Positions 12,211 through 24,171 of a DNA stretch of 64,000 nucleotides are shown here, piece after piece. Source of the DNA: Octopus sinensis (lineage: Eukaryota); NCBI RefSeq assembly GCF_006345805.1, contig NW_021835457.1, positions 62,001-126,000 of the forward strand. The letters run 5' to 3'. The translations under genes were made by a program, and so were the position numbers. How positions within the stretch are numbered: the first letter of the stretch is position 1; every line of letters starts with the position of its first letter. The notes beneath the pieces are model-generated. The model was not told where the DNA came from and searched no databases. It was given only the letters and a program-made list of their open reading frames with translations.

Positions 12211-14629
12211 ATGCAGTTCTTTAATTTAATTCTCGGTTTTAATTTTGTTTCATTTATAGGGATACTTTTCTGTGGGTATATATACGGTACAATACTGCAG
12301 TTTATGATAGGAACTGAATATGAGAACATCTATAATTATGACGGCCATGCATACTACTTTTTTAAAAAGCAGATATACATCCCGAATCACGAAGACACAT
12401 GTAGTTTCGATGGATACTACACAGTCGATATATCAAGTGCTACAGAAAATGACGTAATTGCAAGTAAGCAATTCATTTATATTTTAGGTGTCATCAGAAA
12501 GGATTATCTTCTCGGAATATATAGACATTACGGAGGATCCAAATATTATAGTTATCACACTGGCCTAGAAGCGGTAAATGACGATAACAAGAGTCTAGAG
12601 TTATACAAACTTTGCAGAAGGGATTTCTTACTACGAATACGATGCCACTGCCGAAATGATGCATATTAGTGGTCAGTGGTTACTTGCGTATCAGTGGAGA
12701 GATGCCAATCTTATTTGTGAACTTGGTAAATAAGGTTTGGGTCATTTTAAGATGAAATTTCTTCACTGGGCGTCAACCTGACTTCAGGCAAACTTATAAA
12801 TCGTAATGCAACTTTAAATATTAAAATAGTAAATTACGATCATTTGTTGACATTCGGGGGACACTCGTACTATATTTATTCTGTATTTCGAAACTACGAA
12901 ACTTCTATAAAAATCTGCAAAAATGATCATGACGGGTATGTATTCATTCCAGACTATGGACTAGAAAATTGTGCAATACAAGGTATAATCTTTACTTTTA
13001 AATAAAAGGTGATAAAATTAAATGGGTATACGTTGGAATCACCCAAGAAGCGGGCGAGTTTGTGACAAGTAAAGGAGATTTGGCGGTATTTGAACAATAC
13101 ATTTGATTAGTCGTATCTTCCATGGCGTCCTAATCAGCCTCAAAGTGAAATATGTGTAATAAGAAGTACTGATAACGGTGAGTTCCAAACAAGAGATTGC
13201 AATACAGAAAAGCACATCATTTGTGAAACAGGTTATTTTAGCTCCTTTAATTTCTAAGACAAAGTTGTGTCGGGTGCAAATGAAACGGCATGTGATTTAC
13301 AGATATCTCATAGTATGGTGTAGAAGTGACTAACAATTAGTTTACTTTGCTCAAATAAGGGAATATAACGGATGGACATTCCGTTTATTCGACTTCAACA
13401 CGACTCTGTCAGTTGCTAAAACTGTTTGTTCTAGACGTGGGGAAGTCGTATTTGTTCCTCGCAATGATGCAGAAAATTGTGCAATTTCTGGTAATTTGTG
13501 AGATTTATATGTTAACAGAGATTGTGGAATTGAATATTAGAATGAATTTAGTCGAAATGCACGTAAAAAATGTGTTTATTCCTGGAGATGGGTCCGAAAA
13601 AGTTATTTTTATTGAATTTTCTAGAATTACACCAACTGGAATATTGGATATCCTATTTTGGATTCCAATCGAAGTTGTGTGTATATGAATTTTGGAACTG
13701 GCATGTGGGAAAACGATGTTTGCAGGAATTCTTCATTTGTTTGTCGCGGAAAAGGTGATATACAATCCTCAATTAATTGCTCGAATAATTTTTATGGTTT
13801 CTTCATGTGAAATAGTTTATAGAACCAACAAATAACGCTTTCTCATTCACATATGACTCAAAAACATATTTCTTGTTTGCTTATCTCAAAACTTTCTACG
13901 AAGCCGTACGATTGTGTTCATATTATGGACAAAATCTTGTTCAAACTACTAATCAGTCTATAATTGAGGAAATAACTAAATGTATATTCAAAATATAATA
14001 TTAGACATGATTGACAAGTCTTTCTACATGAATTACAGAATAATTTGGAATGACACCACAATGAACTGGATAGGTAGCAGCCCTTCAGTTCAAACAATTT
14101 TTGACAATATTTAGGATACTCCCAACTGGATGTCTGGAGAACCAATTGAGAAAGATTATCAGATCTCCTGCGTTAGCGTTCAACCTGACAAGAAATGGGT
14201 GACTAATTCTTGCAGAAGAAAACACGTTCCGGTCTGTGTTCATGATGGTTCTAATTTTTATTAAAATTTTATAGCTACCACAACAACACCAGCCATAATT
14301 ACCCCCAGGAATACTTTCACAAGTAATATGCTAGCATTATATTTTAGCTACTCTAAAGCCTAATGTGGAAGCTTGTACTATTTGAGTCTTCTCATGTTAT
14401 AGCAATTCATGTCAATAATGTCGGATCAGACGTTGGCATCTTCTTTGCTAGTTTGGCATTTGTCGCTGTTATTTTCGGTATTTTTATATTTCGAAGGTAT
14501 TTCCTTTTATAAATTGGATAGGAGAAATTCACGAATTCCCACTTTGCGGTCAGATGGAAGCTTAAAAAGTATTTAATTATGTTTCATTTCTAGGTCGAAC
14601 TTTTTCAATCGAAAGTTCTCTTTAACTAA
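12211..14629 (+). CDS. Type I membrane protein with about four C-type-lectin-like domains (mannose-receptor-like), many short introns
   Basis: Hydrophobic N-terminus. Repeated CTLD ends: WRPNQPQSEICV..GEFQTRDCNTEKHIICE; SCVYMNFGTGMWENDVCRNSSFVC; WMSGEPI..SCVSVQPDKKWVTNSCRRKHVPVCV. Thr/Pro stalk, TM segment GIFFASLAFVAVIFGIFIFRR and a short tail. Indels or stops prevent a clean model. Confidence 0.75.
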
Positions 14630-14879
14630 CATACTAATATTCTCTTTAATCAACTCTTAATTAATCTAAAAATATTATCCATAACATTTGGCAAGTTTAT
14701 TTGAATACAATTGACTTCGATTCTGCTAACATAATGAGCTAATCAAAAAAATCGTCTCATCGTTTCGAAGAACTGTAGCAATCTGCAGGAAACATTTAGG
14801 CTCCTGCCAAGCAATTTAAAAAAAATTAGTCAAAACGACGTTCTCCAAAGCTAGTGTCCAATTTTAATATGAACCGATT

Positions 14880-15800
14880 GCTGACTAATACAGTGAACAA
14901 AAATTAAAACTGAACATGCCTTTTTTTATAAATTCACAAGAAACTAGAAGCCTTGACCGATCTGATGGATATCGATATCTGGGAGTCCTGGAGGATAAAG
15001 GAAGCAATGTATTGAAGCGTGAAGTTATGAAAAAAATTGCAGAAAATGTAAAGAAGAGAATTGAAAGCTTAGTGAACACGAAGCTAAATGCAGTGAATTT
15101 ATTCAAGGCGATTAATGAATATTCTCTATCACTTTACAATTACTATATTGGACTAATTGACATTGAGCCACACGAGTTTCAAGCCATTGATACCGAAGTT
15201 CGAAGGATTCTATCTAATTTACATGTTCATCTGAAACCTGCAAATAAGGAAAGATTATATATAAGCAGATCTAATTTTGGAAGAGGACTTAATTCAATTG
15301 TCCATAAAAGTGAATGCATGTTATACCAATTTTTGACTGATCTTGAAAGAAAGTCTACAATGTGTCTCAGAAAGTCTGGAATCTTGCGGGTCTTGAAAAT
15401 AAAGAAAACACATATGGCCACTATCGCAAGATTTCTTACCTTCAAATACAATATTGAAGATCCTTCAGAATTGAATATAAACATAATCAAGGAGAATCAA
15501 CAAAAGAATCTAATGAAGATTATTAAATCGAAGATGTTGCATTCCGTACTTTTCAAATGTTGTGAGGATCAGAATGTTGACATCAATATGTCTACGGAAT
15601 GGCTAGTGAATGGAAACAACAGTCCGAGATCAGAACCAATGTATTGTATTATTCAGGATCGAAATATATTTTTCAACGATAATGGAGGAATGTGCAATCA
15701 TTGTAATCAAGCTAAAAAATCTGTTGATCACATGACTACAAGATGTAGCAGAATGGTGAACAGTGATTATACCAGAAGACATAATGAAATTATAAGATGA
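14880..15800 (+). mobile_element. RLE-type non-LTR retrotransposon fragment (R4/NeSL-like), RT thumb to zinc knuckle
   Basis: GYRYLGVLE, KLNAVNLFKAINEY, ERLYISRSNFGRGL and CNHCNQAKKSVDHMTTRC..DYTRRHNEI. Truncated at both ends. Confidence 0.8.
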
Positions 15801-16139
15801 AATGAAACGAATAATTCAAAAAATTCTTCTTTAATATTTTCTATATAAATTTATCGCAGATAAACACGTATCTAGAGAAATTTGTTACATTGGTTGAAAA
15901 TGAATTTTCTTTATAGACATCACTTTTTATCTCAGTTGTGACCTAATAATATAACCATAAAACAAATTGATTTTTTAAAATGTTTTCGAATAAATCTCGC
16001 ATTCTTCTGTTGATTGTATCGTTCAAAAATTGAAAACATTAGACCCCATAATAAGCCTAGATCCAGCTTCGTTTTTATCCTGACATAAAGTATTGCTAAC
16101 CGGACATTTTAATTACTAAATTAATGTATGTAAAGCAGA

Positions 16140-16310
16140 AGAACTGATGACGATCCAGTTTCCCCTCACTATTGCTTGGGACACGTTCTGGAGAAGCCAT
16201 CTCGTCTCAAGAGGATTGTGTGTTCTCAGGGTCTTGAGACGTCCAATACACATGAGGAAGCGCAACGACTCCTTCCCAATCGATCCCAGGGTTTCGACAG
16301 TATTGCTAAC
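16140..16310 (-). mobile_element. CRE-like retrotransposon 3' fragment
   Basis: Minus strand reads VETLGSIGKESLRFL..ETRWLLQNVSQAIVRGN, homologous to FETSGIVGK..ETSWLFQRISVAVLRGN of the 3916-6655 element. Confidence 0.75.
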
Positions 16311-16354
16311 TAAATTAAATAATTAAGATCACAAGAAAATAATAATGAGAATAA

Positions 16355-16730
16355 TTAAATAATTAATTCGTAGGGAATTAGGGCATTATGACCATCTCGT
16401 TCTCCACGGCGTCCACAAAAAATGAACTTTTGGGTCCAACAGGCTGAGTTTTAAATGATTTTTCGGGCTTTTCTCCCTTTTTGAGTGACAGTCTGTAAGC
16501 ATCCGCATCCCAAACATTCTTTTTGAAATTTTCTTGACATTTTGAAGGGTTCACGTGCTCAGTCCGCACACAAATTCTTTTTGCCAAGACACGGTTCCTA
16601 AAATTATTTTTGGCAACTTGACACGTTTATTGACGATAACTCCAATTCCTCGTTTTGTAACGTTAAAAACACGGCCGGTTTTTCCGTGATATGATTTTTG
16701 GGGCATTCCTTTTTGTATGGATCCAATACC
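16355..16730 (-). pseudogene. RPL21: 60S ribosomal protein L21, 5'-truncated intron-containing copy
   Basis: [38 protein letters not shown] | [20 protein letters not shown]..(P)LIPYELII*, with a 20-nt intron at 16598-16617. The ~40 N-terminal codons are not found upstream in the window. Confidence 0.85.
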
Positions 16731-16781
16731 CTATGGATATTTGAAATAAAAATACTTTAACAACAAAATTAAATCCGAGGG

Positions 16782-16890
16782 AACGGCTTGTGATCCGAGG
16801 GAACGGCTTCGCCATTCGCGAGGCTGGCCGGGTGTCTCGTGACGCCAGTAATTAGCTTAGCTATCTTTTCACGTCCTTATTGTTTTAAAA
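16782..16890. mobile_element. Short GC-rich insertion, possible Helitron-like terminus
   Basis: Tandem GATCCGAGGGAACGGCT x2, then a GC-rich segment. The 33-bp block AGCTATCTTTTCACGTCCTTATTGTTTTAAAAA recurs at ~43897-43930. Classification is inferred. Confidence 0.3.
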
Positions 16891-17129
16891 ATTTTAACGT
16901 ATAAAAAAAAATGCTTCGTGTATCAAGTCAAAGCCACATTATTTTATCGAAAAATTGAAATTGAGGATTTCTCATGTTCAAATAAATATCCAAAGATTTT
17001 AGAATCTCTCGATGTGCCATCCAAAAGACTAAGCAGAGATTTTTAAATGAATATCAATACTCTGACATGTGGTAAAAGGTAGAAATACAAAATTATCGAA
17101 ACTTAATAAACGTTTTCTCGTTTTCACAG

Positions 17130-18110
17130 AAAAAGTCAGTGTAATAATCAGAAAAAGAATTTTACGAAAAAATAATCTTTTCAGTCGTATTTCTATCAAA
17201 AAACCAAAATTGAAGCGATTTCATATTGATAACCGTTAATCTTGGTGCATAAATTACTTGGAATCAAATTGACCGGAACCACGTCATTTTTTCTGATGAA
17301 TGCTGCATTCAGCAAGGCCAAGAGAGTATGTCAGAAATCCTCCCCAGAAAAAAATTACATCTAAAATATGTCACAAAAACTATAAAATATTCGCTCATAA
17401 CTATTGTGGGCATAATGCTTTGCAGGAGATTAGTTGTAACTAAGCAAAACATCAATTGTCAAATCGTAAGTGAGTGCAATACAGTGCAACCCCTTATTGG
17501 GGCGACCCCGGACGTGAGACACCCTCGGATTTTGGGGCACCCTCGGGTTTTGGGGCAATTTGAATTTCTATTAGGAGTTTTTCTGTTTATTCTTTATAAG
17601 ATAAACCCCGTTATGGGGCATTTAATATTTTACATATTTTTTAGTTATAATTTTTGCATTTTATTTTATAATAACTAATAATAACGTGTTTCTGTTGTTT
17701 TGATGGATGTAATTTTGATGGATGTGAAGTTTCTGAGGGCTTCAGAGAACCCGATAATAGTGATAAACATTCATTTCCCGACAAGGTCGTTTTGGATCGA
17801 TTAATTTGACAATGGATCGATTAATTCAAAAGTACCAATTCGGAGCGAAAATAACGGATCATTTCCCGACAAGTAAAGACTAAAATTGTTAAATGAAATT
17901 AAGAATAAACATCTTTTGGTTTTAAATTAACAAAACGTTAGTTTTTTTCGTTAATATTAGAAAACCCCTCTATCTGGGGAAACCCCTGTTTTTGGGGCAC
18001 TAGGTGCCCCAAAAAGAGGTTAGACTGTATATGCAACTGAAACAGTATGATGATTCGAGCCATATTGTCGCTGATTTACATAATGAAAGGTTTAAGTCGA
18101 TTTGATATTG
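17130..18110 (+). mobile_element. Highly degenerate Tc1 remnant split by a MITE
   Basis: IRKRILRKNNLFSRISIKKPKL and HVIFSDEC motifs, interrupted by 17482-18027. Confidence 0.55.
17482..18027. mobile_element. pogo/Tc1-type MITE with TA TSD
   Basis: Left end TA|CAGTGCAACCCCTTATTGGGGC. Right end GCCCCAAAAAGAGGTTAGACTG|TA. Imperfect ~22-bp TIR and subterminal TTTTGGGGCA repeats. Confidence 0.85.
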
Positions 18111-18495
18111 CTACAAATTAAAAATTTGTAGTTTCTATATTGCAAATTTTAATCCTATCCTAGGCATGGATTTTTAATAAAAAAATTGAACTTGTTTTGA
18201 ACAAAGTAGTCTCAAAAAGTTCTGAATCTAGAAATTAAAATTGCATCAGATTAACAAATGAATTTATCAGATATAAATTAAAAAGTACTATTCGGTATCC
18301 ATTTTTAAGAATACTTAACATCGAGTTTCTGTTAATATCTTTTCATTTAAGTTAACATCAGTCCTACTTAAATACGAAATAATTTAAAAATAACTTTTAT
18401 TATTAATGCAATTTATGGCTTTGGTGACTGCTTTGTAGTCAGAAAACCCTTAATCACCAGGAACCATAAAAGCATACACAAAATAAACCAATCAG

Positions 18496-19964
18496 CTAAA
18501 AACTCTCAGTAATTCGTACACAAGTTTTACAAATTCGACTAATTTCCTCCTCCAACTGAAGTAATAAGCATCATTAATACACAAATGTGCAACTCCTGTC
18601 TTAAACACCCCAATCTCGCCATTTGAGCCTCCAACCTGACCTTCGAAGACTTCAATTCCTCAATTCTAGCCTCCTCCAACTCACATCGTTTATCCTCGAC
18701 TTCCGCAGACTCGCAAACCTCCAAAAACTCAGCCACCCGACCATTAAAATAATCCCCGCCCTCCCTCAATCTTACCAACTCAGCCAATTCAGGACATTCC
18801 ACCAAACATAAACATTCTTCCACCCGATCTCGATATTCCGCGATTTTACCACTGTCCTTCACCCACACAACACAACCAAAACACTCAAAACCCTCATCCA
18901 CAAGCATTTTAAAGAACTCCCTCAACTTTTAATATCCCCACACAGCCACCTGCAACAATTCCGTCCCCAACAATATTCTGAACTCCACTTGTTCTAACAA
19001 ACTGTCATTATCCACCAACTGAGGGACATATTTGGCCTTAAACTCAAAATTAGAGCCATTTGAAGTCTCACATTTACAAGAGGACATGTCACGTGCTCCT
19101 CAAATCCCCACGATCTGAGCTTCCCGACAGAAATGTGACAAGAAAGTGAAGATATGACAAACTCAATCGTCTGAAGGACACTGTTTATGTGACTCCGACA
19201 ACTCACTGCCGAGATCCGTGGACTGTCTGAGAGAAATCATAGAAGTAACTCAATGGCTTCTCCAGGGAGGCCAAGGAAGTACATATTTCGGCCAAAATGT
19301 CTTTGATCTTCTCACATGATGACTTTAGTTTGAGAGATATCAAAGTCTTGTAGTCATTCTGAATATATCTTTTATTGGAAGGACCTGAGGGACTTTTTTG
19401 GGGTTGATTCCCAGAGAGGTGAGTCCCTGATTTGCCTTTTCTCTCCACTTCCGGGCACTTTGTCGGTGTTTAGAGAGAAGGCGGGTCGAGGACTGGATTT
19501 ATAGGCTGAGATTAACCAAAATTTGAAGGTCGATTTTGGAGATTTGCCTTTTTGTTCTTTATTTGGATTTTGTGGATGTTTGAATAGACATATGAGGAGT
19601 GGCTGGGAGTAGGGAAGGAAATGTCACCAAGGAAAAGGTTTTTCTTCTCTAAACTGGTCAGGACGTCTTTCCATGGTTTAAGAACGTGGTTTGGTCGGGA
19701 TTCTGATTGGCAGGTTTGTACAATTTGTTTATTTGGAAATATTCCAGTACTTTGAGTTACTAAGATCAGTCTTACTACTTGAGATATTCTCTAAGCTTTC
19801 GAAGCCTTCGATTTGTTTTAAATCTTCAATTTGGGGTCTGATTTTTTGGAACTGTGAATGCCAGTCCTTGCATATAAAATGACGTTTACTGAGCCAATCT
19901 TATAAATCAAAAAATGACACAAACCTAAAAGTGAGATCTCCACAACACTCAGCTGTGAACACAT
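18496..19964 (-). CDS. CDK5RAP3: CDK5 regulatory subunit-associated protein 3 (C53/LZAP), multi-exon with indels
   Basis: ISLL|DWLSKRHFICKDWHSQFQKIRPQI matches SKLLDWLVDRRHC..KW...IREKI. LKPWKDVLTSLEK matches MKDWQEII.LYEK. Coiled-coil C-terminus ELAELVRLREGGDYFNGRVAEFL..LEEEISRIC. Confidence 0.75.
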
Positions 19965-19994
19965 AATAATTTATTTAAATATATATTTTCGATA

Positions 19995-20594
19995 GAATAG
20001 AAGAGTAGAATAGTGTTTATTGAGCGAAAAGAAAAAGAAAAACAAGGAAGAAATCATCAGCGGGGAAATAAAAAAACAAGGCACCGAAGTGTCTCTTTCC
20101 ATGCGTATCCCCAATACTAGTCATGTTTGACGACAATTCTCCAAGACCATCCGGATCGTGGGCACAGAGGATTCTTGTGAGTCTTTTAACTTTCCGTCAA
20201 GTTGTACTCCGTAAGCCAATTTCATAGCGAAACGTCTTGTCTTTTCCAACTGTTCGATCAGGTAGTCACTCTCCTCCGTACCGTACCAGCCCTCGTAGCC
20301 ATATGTGAGGACTGGCTGCACACACGTTTTTTTGTATACGTAGATGTACGTTTCCGGATCAGATGGAACCTGGTTAAGCTTTTGAGGATCCTCACACTCC
20401 TCTTTCTCTGATTTGCTATATGCTCTACGTACGAGCCACGACAGTTAATGGTTGCTCCCAGGTAAGAAAGATTTTTTCTTTTCGAGAGATCCATCACATA
20501 ACTACTCATCGCATATGCACACGACTCCGCATAGCGACTCCCTCTCCGCAACCATGAAATGGTGCTCTTCTCCGGTGCTAGGGTCAAACCCTTC
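19995..20594 (-). mobile_element. 5'-truncated LINE 3' fragment with 12-bp TSD
   Basis: LSYLGATIN and QPVLTYGYEGW (RT thumb region). AATAAA plus a CTATT-like tail. TSD ATATTTTCGATA at 19983-19994 and 20595-20606. Confidence 0.88.
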
Positions 20595-21409
20595 ATATTT
20601 TCGATAATAATTAATATACAAACTCAATTTTATTATAAACCAAATTTTCTCAGTGTATTTATTTTACAATAACCAGATCGAGTGAAAATCTAGTCCAAAA
20701 AACCTTTATTTTCAAATATCCAACCTTGTTTTGATTTAACCAAAAAAATTGGAATTTTCTGTTTAAATAACCTTCCTTCAAAAATTAAAGACTTCGGCTT
20801 CAACTGAATTTAAACTGAGAAAACTCAAATCTTAAAACAGTCAGTCAAAATTGAACTTTATTTTGTTTTATAACAAATATAGAACCTGTCATTCAAACTA
20901 GCACTCAGATGGGGTCACAGTGTGATGACCTGAGTAATTTAATTCGTGACTGATCTCTAGTCGGGTGATATTATCGGTGATTATAATCTTTTTACCCACA
21001 ATCAATCAACGGTGTTTCCAATTGCATAAAAATGAATTTTACGCTGCCGAGAAATGTGCATAAAAATGGCTGTAATATTCATATTACTAATCAAACAGAC
21101 AATTCTCGGTATGGGCTTAGTAGTATCATATATATCATTATATATAATCCTAATCGGCTCACTTTGAAGAACACTTAAGCAATCTCAAGTGGCACTCGAG
21201 TAAAATTATATTAATTGACCACAATGCCTTCATTGAGCGTAATTTAATAATAGGAATAATACATACAAATTATATGTATATTATTTGTCTGTATGTATTA
21301 ATTAGTCATTATTAAATGTCTAGTTTATTATCCCCCCCTCTGTGAATATTCTGTTTCAAGTCCTTTGCCTTAAATTATAATTTTCCTGTCCTTAATTAAT
21401 TATCTTGAC

Positions 21410-22357
21410 ATGATCAGTCCATTAAATAAATCAATCCTTTTAGAAAATGATCGAATGTTTGTCTCTGATTTGAAGAGTACTTATTATGTCTCTCACTACA
21501 CTCCTGTCAGTCCCACATGTTCTACAAACTCGACCTTGGCAGGGCAACTCAGTCTTGTTTGTCAACCCAAAATGGAGTCAAAATGTGGGGAAAGTGTGAC
21601 TTGGTTAAATGCACTGCTAAAATTGACTTTATCGACGTTTTTTTTGTATTTTTGGGGGGTTTTCCTGTCACTGTGAAATCAAATTAACAAAGGAAAAACA
21701 ATTTGGGCAGAAAATCGGAAATTATTCCATCATGTTAGTTTTATCTGATTACCTTAGACATTAACAAACAAATTTCTCTAAGCCACGTCGTCGTTAATGT
21801 CACGGAATGGGCACGGATTTTGAAATTGAGTTGCCACCCTCCTGGCGGGATTCCTACACCATCGGTAATTAAAATTATTTTTATGTGGCGAACCAAATTT
21901 TACATTTTTTGTGGTGATATATTTTTAGATAAAATGGAAGAGGAATAATCAAACTATCATAGAATTAGACTTTTCCGAAAGAATAATATCAATAGATGAA
22001 CACTCAATCATCATTTTAATCACGAGAAATAATAAGAGAGTCAATTATTCCTGCTATGCCTACAACATGGCCGGGACAGTGGAGAGCACAGTCATAGAAA
22101 TAGCACCTCCCCCAGGTATGCCACAATGAGGTGATAAAGTAGAGTCAAAGCAAACGGCACTGGTGGAGGACTGCATAGGGTCATGTTCTGAGACATTGCT
22201 AAGTCTTAAAAATGTAGTTTTAATATCATCCCTCATGTTATTTGGAGTTCTCCTAATTATAATTATTATATTCAAATATTATGGAAGGAGGTGGGTACTG
22301 TCCACTAAATATCAATCCGGTTGGAATATTTTGTTTTATTGTAGGGACCTTTTATGA
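21410..22357 (+). CDS. Immunoglobulin-domain transmembrane protein (partial or possibly pseudogenised)
   Basis: LSLVCQPK..VTWLN; LKLSCHPPGGIPTPS | IKWKRNNQTI..NYSCYAYNMAG (I-set C..W..Y.C.A.N.AG pattern); TM LISSLMLFGVLLIIIIIF followed by KYYGRR. The 5' end is not resolved. Confidence 0.6.
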
Positions 22358-22361
22358 CAGT

Positions 22362-22388
22362 TACAGCTGGGACTACTTCCCTACATAC
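22362..22388. repeat. Short dispersed repeat, also present twice in tandem at 26398-26447
   Basis: TACAGCTGGGACTACTTCCCTA(CATA). The TA-flanked CAG start suggests a Tc1/mariner terminus remnant. Confidence 0.6.
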
Positions 22389-23022
22389 CTGAGTCAGTAT
22401 AGTTATGTTTACATTTTCAGGCACTAATAAGCCTTATGTGGTGAATGCGAGTGACTCCCTATTAAATTAAAGAGTTGCTAATAATACTCAAAATTACATA
22501 TAATAAATCATATTTATACTGTAGCGAACCGTTGCTAACTGTGTTAATGTTTTTGACAAGTTGATTTTTCGTTGTCAGATTGAACTATACATATGGGCAG
22601 GGCAAATAAAACATTTTTGTAGAAATATTATTCGAGTATTTAGTCTAGAGTTATTAACATTGACCTTAAATAGTGTCAGAAAGCTAGCTGAACACTTAGA
22701 GAGGACTGTTTATCAATATTTTATTTAGTGGACTTGCTCAACCAAATTTAGTCAGTTTGCCTTTTTCTGCCTTATTAACTTGATTTACTTAGTTTAATAT
22801 ACAAGTTTGAGATAACCTACTGAATACTAATAAAGATGTTTTTACTCATAAATTACCATCAAATAAAAATTTTTTTATAAACAAATTTTCTTAGTTTAGA
22901 ATGTTTATAGGACTATTTATTTCGAAATGTTAGTCATATTACAGCCAAAGTGTAAAACTCATGTCGTTTCGGGAGCCGCATTTTATAATAATTTTTCATA
23001 AAGGAAATATAAGAAACAAATA

Positions 23023-24171
23023 CAGTAAACCAAATAAAAAACGAACACTACATTTTTCCTAAAATTTCCAGAAACGAATCAAAAAAATATCTAAATAGAA
23101 TTTTAACAATATATAAACAATAACTAATATTTTTTATTTTTGCAAAAAATATATTTACCGCCTTTTTACAACAAAAGTATAATCTGAACCAAAATAAAAA
23201 ACGAACAAAATTTTTTATTTGTAAATGTTATTAAATATATGATTTTTTTAGAAAATTATTAATATTTGGGACGCTATAATAACTTATTATGGCCAGACAA
23301 TTGAGTTTTGAAGAAAAGGGAACAATTATCGTATTTACAAATGCGGAAAGACGTATCGCGAAATACAACGTATAACTAAAAGATGGTGTAAAAGATCACT
23401 TGTTACCATATCGAAAACATTCGAAATATAAACAAAATATTCCATGCTCAAGAAATATGGTTTTGGTCGTCCCCGGCTCCTAATGAACATGATTTTAAAA
23501 AATCATAAGGCAAGGATTGAAGATCCAAAATTTAATTGCGTAAAATATGCGAAGGCACTGAAAAAGAAAACTGGGAAAAATGTAACACCTGAAACAATCA
23601 GAAATACACTAAAACAAAGAGGTTTCAAAGCATTCCGCCGACTATAAGACCACATCTTACTAAAAAACACAAAGAACGAAGAATGGAAATCTGTCAAAGA
23701 TGGAATATGCTATTGGAATTACGTTATATTCAGCGACGAATGAAAATTCAACTTAGTAAACAACGACGACGAAGATTTGTATAAAGACAACAATCCGAAA
23801 GTTTGTTTCACGCAATATACTGAAACCGTAAAATTTGGAAAAGGAAGTGTGAGATATGTGGTGCATTTACGTCTGAAATATTTTAGTAATAGGAGTGGAT
23901 TATGCAAAATCATTGGTAGGAACTATGAGTGAACGAATATTGTCTGTATTGCGACACGTGTGGGCATACTAACTAAAATAAAATTTTGTTCGTTTTTTAT
24001 TTTGGTTCAGATTATACTTTTGCCGTAAAAAGGCGGTAAATATATTTTTTTTGCAAAAATAAAATATTAGTTATTGTTTATATATGTTAAAATTCTATTT
24101 AGATATTTTTTTTGATTCGTTTCTTGGAAATTTTAGGAAAATGTAGTGTTCGTTTTTATTTTGGTTTACTG
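23023..24171 (+). mobile_element. Internally deleted Tc1 element with long IR/DR-type TIRs and TA TSD
   Basis: ~190-bp inverted repeats starting TA|CAGTAAACCAAATAAAAAACGAACA and ending TGTTCGTTTTTATTTTGGTTTACTG|TA. The AACCAAA(A)TAAAAAACGAACA motif occurs twice per arm. Transposase remnants GRPRL, VTPETIRNTLKQRGF, TVKFGKGSV. Confidence 0.9.

Noticed and set aside
18994-19448. NDC80-like reading of the minus-strand ORFs
   Set aside because: The upstream exons match CDK5RAP3 far better, and the NDC80 similarity was only a few residues.
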